From Minisyncoccota bacterium (GTDB taxonomy: Bacteria; Patescibacteriota; Minisyncoccia; UBA6257; 02-FULL-45-10c): 56,848 nt of DNA. This document shows, in pieces, positions 51,631 through 56,848 of the stretch; within the stretch, counting starts at the first letter, position 1, and every line of letters starts with the position of its first letter. The stretch covers positions 1-56,848 of the forward strand of contig JAQUPE010000004.1 of assembly GCA_028716745.1 (NCBI GenBank). The letters run 5' to 3'. The notes beneath the pieces are model-generated. The model was not told the DNA's origin, ran no database searches, and worked only from the letters and a program-made list of their open reading frames with translations. A program made the position numbers and the translations under genes.

Positions 51631-53805
51631 ATGAGCATTAATAAAAGAAACCTTATTTTACCGAGAATTTTATCTTGGGGCAGCTTAATTTTGTTTTTAT
51701 CGGCTTCTGTTGTTTCTTCAATAATGATTAAAAATAATTTAGAAGAGCAGGGCAGATTGGCGTTGGAAAATAAGGCTCAGCTAATTCAACAAATGATTAA
51801 TGATAGTTTTGATACTTATACAGTTAGACAGCCTGTAGCTACCAGGGCATTGTTTGATTCAAGCGACTATGTATCGGCTAAAGAATTTCACGACTTTTAT
51901 AGCTCTATAGACGTTAAGAAAAATTTCCCGGGAATTTCTTACGTTGGTTTTTCAAGGTATGTAAAAAATAGCGAAGAGGGTAATTTAATTAAAGAAATGA
52001 GGCTTGAAGAGGGACACGACTTGGAGAATTTTAATATTTTCCCAGGAACAAATAACAATTTTATTGCTCCGATTGTTTATTTAGAGCCGGATGACAATAG
52101 AATCAATACGGCTATTGGTTTTGATGTGCTTAGCGAGCCTAATCGTAGCGAAGCAATTGGCGAATCTATTGACTCCGGAAAGTTTATTTTGTCTGAAAAA
52201 GTAACAGTTTATCCATCGGAAAAACTCGGATTTATAGGATATTTGCCGGTTTACAATAAAAAAATTAACGCCTCTTCTACGGTTGAAGAAAAACGATCTA
52301 ATGTTTATGGAATTATTTCTACTGTTTTTGAAATAGACAGCTTGTTTGGAAATTTTAGTGAAGCCTTAAACTCTTTAGTATTGGAATATTTGGATATCGA
52401 AGTTTTTGAAGACTCAGACATAAGCGATAATGGATTGTTGTACGATTATTTTCCGACTAAAGGCAAAATAACTAATTCGGAAAATTTTTCAGCGGAAGTA
52501 AAAAAATCTTTATCATTGGGCAGGAAGGAATTTACATTAGTGGTTAGTTCTACCGCAGGATTAATTTCGCCTTCTTTTAAAATAATGCCTTATATATTAT
52601 TGGCAGTAGGCTGTATATTTGGCCTGTTTCTATTTTTAATTTTTAATTTGGCGGGATCCGTATATATCCGTGCTTATAAATTAGCTGATACTATGACGAA
52701 AAATTTTCGTGAAAGCGAAGAGAAATACCGATTGATATTTATGGATTCTAAAGACGCCATTATGACTTCGTCGCCAGAAGAAGGTTTTCTTTCCGGAAAT
52801 CCGGCAACAATTAAGCTATTTGGCTGTCGTGACGAAAAGGAATTCATATCGATGGCGCCGTATGATTTATCTCCTGAATATCAGCCGGATGGCACTCCTT
52901 CAAAACAGAAAGCTTTAAAAATGATGAATTTGGCTATGGATAAAGGATCGGCTTTTTTTGAGTGGACTCATAAAAAAGTGAATGGAACAGAATTTCCTGC
53001 TACGGTATTATTGTCACGAATAGAAATTGGCGGAAAGAAATTTTTACAGGCCACAGTTCGTGACATAACCAAAGAAAAAGAAGCTGAGAACGCAAAGTCC
53101 GAATTTGTTTCTTTAGCTTCTCATCAGCTAAGAACTCCTCTTACTGCAACTAAATGGCTGATAGAGCTTTTATTGGAAGAAAAGAGAGGAAAATTAACAG
53201 AAGGGCAGAGGGATTTATTAAAAGAAGTTCATGGTAGCAATGAAGGGTTGATTAGTCTGGTAAATGATTTGCTGAGCGTTAATAAAATGGAGATGGGCAA
53301 ATTAGTTGTTTCCCCTAAAAATTTGGATTTGATTGATTTAAGCAAAAAAATAGTTAAAGAAAATGAAATATTTTGCTCACAAAGTCAAAAGATAATTTTC
53401 AGCAGCCAAAAAGAATTCCTAAACGTTTTTATTGATTCGTTGCTCTATACGCAAGCTCTTCAAAATTTGATTGCTAACGCCATAATTTATGGAGGGAAAG
53501 AAACAGATATAATTGTTTCAATTAAAAATAATGATAAGGAGGCCGAGGTTTCGGTGAAAAATTTTGGGCCAAGCATACCCAAGGAAGATCAGGCTAAAAT
53601 GTTTGAGAAGTTTTTCAGGGGAGAAAGGGCTAAAAAGGAAAATGTTCGCGGTACTGGCCTTGGTCTTTACATGGTTAAGGAGTCGGTGGAAGCGAATAAG
53701 GGGAGGGTATGGATGGAATCAAATGAAAAAGAGACGACTTTTTACTTTACGGTGCCAATTAACGGATCAAATAGCGTTATTAAGGATAAAATAGCGTCAA
53801 AATAG
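51631..53805 (+). CDS. Sensor histidine kinase (CHASE + PAS + HisKA + HATPase)
   Basis: Two TMs around a CHASE-like region (IVYLEP..GFDVLSEPNR); PAS; ASHQLRTPL; NLIANAI; GTGLGL. Confidence 0.92.
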   Translation: MSINKRNLILPRILSWGSLILFLSASVVSSIMIKNNLEEQGRLALENKAQLIQQMINDSFDTYTVRQPVATRALFDSSDYVSAKEFHDFYSSIDVKKNFPGISYVGFSRYVKNSEEGNLIKEMRLEEGHDLENFNIFPGTNNNFIAPIVYLEPDDNRINTAIGFDVLSEPNRSEAIGESIDSGKFILSEKVTVYPSEKLGFIGYLPVYNKKINASSTVEEKRSNVYGIISTVFEIDSLFGNFSEALNSLVLEYLDIEVFEDSDISDNGLLYDYFPTKGKITNSENFSAEVKKSLSLGRKEFTLVVSSTAGLISPSFKIMPYILLAVGCIFGLFLFLIFNLAGSVYIRAYKLADTMTKNFRESEEKYRLIFMDSKDAIMTSSPEEGFLSGNPATIKLFGCRDEKEFISMAPYDLSPEYQPDGTPSKQKALKMMNLAMDKGSAFFEWTHKKVNGTEFPATVLLSRIEIGGKKFLQATVRDITKEKEAENAKSEFVSLASHQLRTPLTATKWLIELLLEEKRGKLTEGQRDLLKEVHGSNEGLISLVNDLLSVNKMEMGKLVVSPKNLDLIDLSKKIVKENEIFCSQSQKIIFSSQKEFLNVFIDSLLYTQALQNLIANAIIYGGKETDIIVSIKNNDKEAEVSVKNFGPSIPKEDQAKMFEKFFRGERAKKENVRGTGLGLYMVKESVEANKGRVWMESNEKETTFYFTVPINGSNSVIKDKIASK

Positions 53806-53853
53806 ATAATTTTGTAGTAATTTTTAGCAGTATATTATGTTAATATAATATAT

Positions 53854-54267
53854 ATGAAGGTTTTAATTGTGGAAGATGAGGAGATTTTATTGAGAGTTCT
53901 CGAGGAGGAGTTTAAAGATGAAGGTTTTGATGTTGAAACTGCCAGAAATGGAGAACAGGCAATAAAAGCTTTGAAATCAGGATCAAAATTTGATGTTGCT
54001 CTTTTAGATTTAATTTTGCCGATAAGGGATGGGTTTGAAGTTTTGGATGAAATGAAAAATGATCATTCAAACAAATATATTACGCCAATAATTGTTTTAT
54101 CCAATTTAGGAAATGATGAAGATATAAAAAAGGCGTTTAGCTTGGGAGCAGTGGATTATTTTGTAAAATCTCAGCATCCGATTGCCGAAGTAGTTGAAAA
54201 AGTAAGAGAATTTTTAAATAAGGGGTCTATACAACCAAGGAAGAAAAAAACAATGCATGCCAAATAA
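53854..54267 (+). CDS. Single-domain response regulator
   Basis: VLIVEDE, LLDLILP, IIVLSN, DYFVK. Confidence 0.93.
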   Translation: MKVLIVEDEEILLRVLEEEFKDEGFDVETARNGEQAIKALKSGSKFDVALLDLILPIRDGFEVLDEMKNDHSNKYITPIIVLSNLGNDEDIKKAFSLGAVDYFVKSQHPIAEVVEKVREFLNKGSIQPRKKKTMHAK

Positions 54268-56848
54268 AAAAATATTATCCACGTTCATTATAGGAGCGTT
54301 TGTATTATTGCCATTGTTTGTAATTTTTGCGGTTGATGGTTCTGGAACTAATACGGTTAGTCCTAATTTTACCGACCCTGGTTCAACTGGAGGAACTTAT
54401 GATTTTATTTATACCGCTTCTGAAACAATGGATAGCGGAGAAATTAAAATCACTGTGCCTTCGGGTTGGAGCGCTCCGCAAGGGACTAACGGCGTGTCTG
54501 GATATACGACAGTTTTTTCTACTGGCACAATTGCAGATGTGGAGAATAGTCTTAATTCAGCGACTGACTGGGCTACAACAACTCACATGGCATTGTCGGT
54601 TGATACTTCTGACAAGCAGGAAGGAACCGGATCTTTGTTAAATACAATTAATTATTTGGCGGCGGCAAATGAGCAGTGGTATTTTAATTATTCGGCAGCA
54701 AAAAGTTGGGGAGCGGCCGCTAATAGCACTAATGGCCAGAGAGTTGGAATGTGGATTAAGTCTAGCGTGAATACGGCGAGCGGAGATTTATCTTGGCAAG
54801 ATGATAATACGGCGAGTTTAGCGAGTCCTGAGGATACTTTAGCTATTCCTGCTCTTACGGCAAATACTTGGACATATACATCGGTAACTTTAGGGGCAGC
54901 AAGAACTTCTCAGCGTTCTTATGGTTTGAGATATACGACAGATATCGGAGCAGCTACGATTAAATTGGATTCCGCATCTGTTCTTTTTGATGCGGCTGAT
55001 GTTACAACTAATTGGGTTGGTGATACAAATATTACTGTTGGCGCTGTCGGAAGCGGACAGGAAGGATCCAATTCAATTCGCTGTACTTATGCGGCAGCAG
55101 CCGGTACGGGAACTAGCGGAGAATGTTATCGAACATCCGCTGCACTGACTGTTCTTCCGGGAACAACAGTAAGTTTCTGGGTTCGTTCCAGTATTGCTCT
55201 TAACGCAAATGATTTTGCTTGGGTGGATGATGATTCGGCCGCCCTTGCTTCTCCGACGGATGTCATTAATATGCCGGCAATTTCGGCTAATACTTGGACT
55301 TATGTGACGCTTGCCATTCCAGGATTAGGAACAAAAACAATCAGATCTTATGGATTAAGGCAGGTCGTTGATAAGGGCGCAATGACTATTGATATAGATG
55401 CTATTGGATCGATTATTGATGCTGGCGATGCTATAACTGGCTGGTCAGCTCCCTCTAGCGGTGTTCAAGCCGTTTCGACTGACACGACAGTTTTTCATGA
55501 AGGAGCAGCATCGATTAAAAATATTATTTCAGCTAGCGCTGCCTCAGGAGATAAATGGTATTTGCCGCTTGGTTCTACTGAAAATTGGTCTGGCTATACG
55601 ACTGTAGGTTTTTGGATTCGTTCGACTGTGGCAACGGCAGCGGGAAATTTAAAATTTGAATATAGTTCGGCATCCGACTTAAGCAGTCCGATTGCTTCTA
55701 TTAATATAGGAGCGTTAGCTGCGAATACATGGACATATCAAAAATTAACTTTAACCGGCACAAGAACTTCTATTAATAGTTATGGAATAAATTATTCAAC
55801 AGATATCGGCGCGACAACAATAAATTTAGACGATATTTTACTTGGTCCAGGATCTTTAACTTTTCCCGGCGGAGGAGTAATTGATGCAAGAATTTTTTCT
55901 TTAGCCAATACGCAAACAATAACGGTTGCCTACGGTTCGGGAGGAGGATCAAGCGGGGTAACGGCGCCATCAACAGCTCAGATAAGCACATTTACTACTC
56001 AATCCAGAATTTCTGATTCTGGAATTTTAACTAATATTGGAATCTCTCCAACTATTTCGGTTAATAATCCGGCCCCAACCACTACGGATATATTTCCAGC
56101 CTCTAAAACAATAGGCGATTCTCAATTTGTAATAACTGTCGATGGAACAAATTTTGTTTCTAGTTCCACAGTCAGATTCAACGGCTCAAACAGAGCAACA
56201 ACATTTGTAAACTCAACTCAGCTTACAGCCACTATATTATCAACGGATTTATTGAACGCTACCTCTAGCGCATATATAACAGTATTCAGCCCAACGCCAG
56301 GAGGGGGAGTAAGCAATGCACAAACATTTACTATATATAATCCCACTCCGACAACAACTTCCATATCTCCGACATCCAAGAACACTGGCGATTCTCAGTT
56401 TACATTGACGGTTAATGGAACTAATTTTGTGAGTGGGGCAGTTGTTAAATTTAATGGATTAAATAGAACAACAACATTTGTAAATTCTACTCAGTTGACC
56501 GCAATTATTCCTGCTTCGGATATTATTACAGCCGGAAATTATTTTATAACAGTTGCCAACCCATCGCCTGTGTTGGCCGAATCTAATGCGCAGACTTTAA
56601 CTGTTTATCAATTGGATGGTACTGGAACCAATACGGTAAGCCCAAGTACTACTAATGTAAATTCAACGGGGGATACTTTTACTTTCACATTTACGTCTGC
56701 CAACCAGATGGATACGGGAGCTATCACCCTCACCGCCCCCTCCGGCTTCAGCGCCCCTCAAGGTAATTCCGGAACAGCCGGCTACACAACAATAACCTCC
56801 TCGTCCGGCACAATAGCTGATGTTGAAGACAATATGAATTCAGTCACC
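54257..56848 (+). CDS. Large exported repeat protein with IPT/TIG domains, 3'-partial
   Basis: ATG 54257 (MPNKKILSTFIIGAFVLLPLFVIFA...); frame read as open to the window end; three ...W(I/V)(K/R)S...ANTWTY repeats, two IPT/TIG-like units (GTNFV, TTFVNSTQLTA), and a second copy of the N-terminal DG(S/T)GTNTVSP module. Confidence 0.85.
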   Translation, partial: MPNKKILSTFIIGAFVLLPLFVIFAVDGSGTNTVSPNFTDPGSTGGTYDFIYTASETMDSGEIKITVPSGWSAPQGTNGVSGYTTVFSTGTIADVENSLNSATDWATTTHMALSVDTSDKQEGTGSLLNTINYLAAANEQWYFNYSAAKSWGAAANSTNGQRVGMWIKSSVNTASGDLSWQDDNTASLASPEDTLAIPALTANTWTYTSVTLGAARTSQRSYGLRYTTDIGAATIKLDSASVLFDAADVTTNWVGDTNITVGAVGSGQEGSNSIRCTYAAAAGTGTSGECYRTSAALTVLPGTTVSFWVRSSIALNANDFAWVDDDSAALASPTDVINMPAISANTWTYVTLAIPGLGTKTIRSYGLRQVVDKGAMTIDIDAIGSIIDAGDAITGWSAPSSGVQAVSTDTTVFHEGAASIKNIISASAASGDKWYLPLGSTENWSGYTTVGFWIRSTVATAAGNLKFEYSSASDLSSPIASINIGALAANTWTYQKLTLTGTRTSINSYGINYSTDIGATTINLDDILLGPGSLTFPGGGVIDARIFSLANTQTITVAYGSGGGSSGVTAPSTAQISTFTTQSRISDSGILTNIGISPTISVNNPAPTTTDIFPASKTIGDSQFVITVDGTNFVSSSTVRFNGSNRATTFVNSTQLTATILSTDLLNATSSAYITVFSPTPGGGVSNAQTFTIYNPTPTTTSISPTSKNTGDSQFTLTVNGTNFVSGAVVKFNGLNRTTTFVNSTQLTAIIPASDIITAGNYFITVANPSPVLAESNAQTLTVYQLDGTGTNTVSPSTTNVNSTGDTFTFTFTSANQMDTGAITLTAPSGFSAPQGNSGTAGYTTITSSSGTIADVEDNMNSVT

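Noticed and set aside
53551-53590. Degenerate G1 box (NFGPSI) implying a dead kinase
   Set aside because: Asn-type G1 boxes occur in active kinase families, and the H, N and G2 boxes are intact.

Overview
AT-rich bacterial chromosome segment (code 11). Gene content and style suggest Patescibacteria/CPR, Parcubacteria-like (inference). Core genes are lepA, an N-terminally truncated prfB, ftsEX, rlmN, recG, znuCB-like, cca, dut, tgt-queA and a gap-rpiB-rpe-split transketolase-pfkB cluster. There are six tRNAs, three GT-C glycosyltransferases and several large surface proteins (LamG, pilin-LamG, PLC/LTD/PKD, IPT/TIG). Interspersed GC-richer accessory genes carry their own sigma70 promoter, a Shine-Dalgarno site and often a terminator. 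Three things stand out. (1) An intact 810-aa gene (12928-15360) is a fused, internally deleted RNA polymerase beta-C-terminus/beta'-N-terminus. All three catalytic Asp are lost, but the sigma-binding flap tip, Zn-binding domain and clamp helices are kept: a candidate pseudo-RNAP or sigma decoy. (2) Four copies of a 36-bp 13-10-13 palindrome bracket a PaaX/Cas2-like gene and adjacent cargo genes. (3) Three copies of a 62-67 bp inverted-repeat element, each flanked by a TATG direct repeat, sit exactly on the start codons of unrelated genes. All assignments come from reading motifs by eye; no searches were run, so novelty is unverified.
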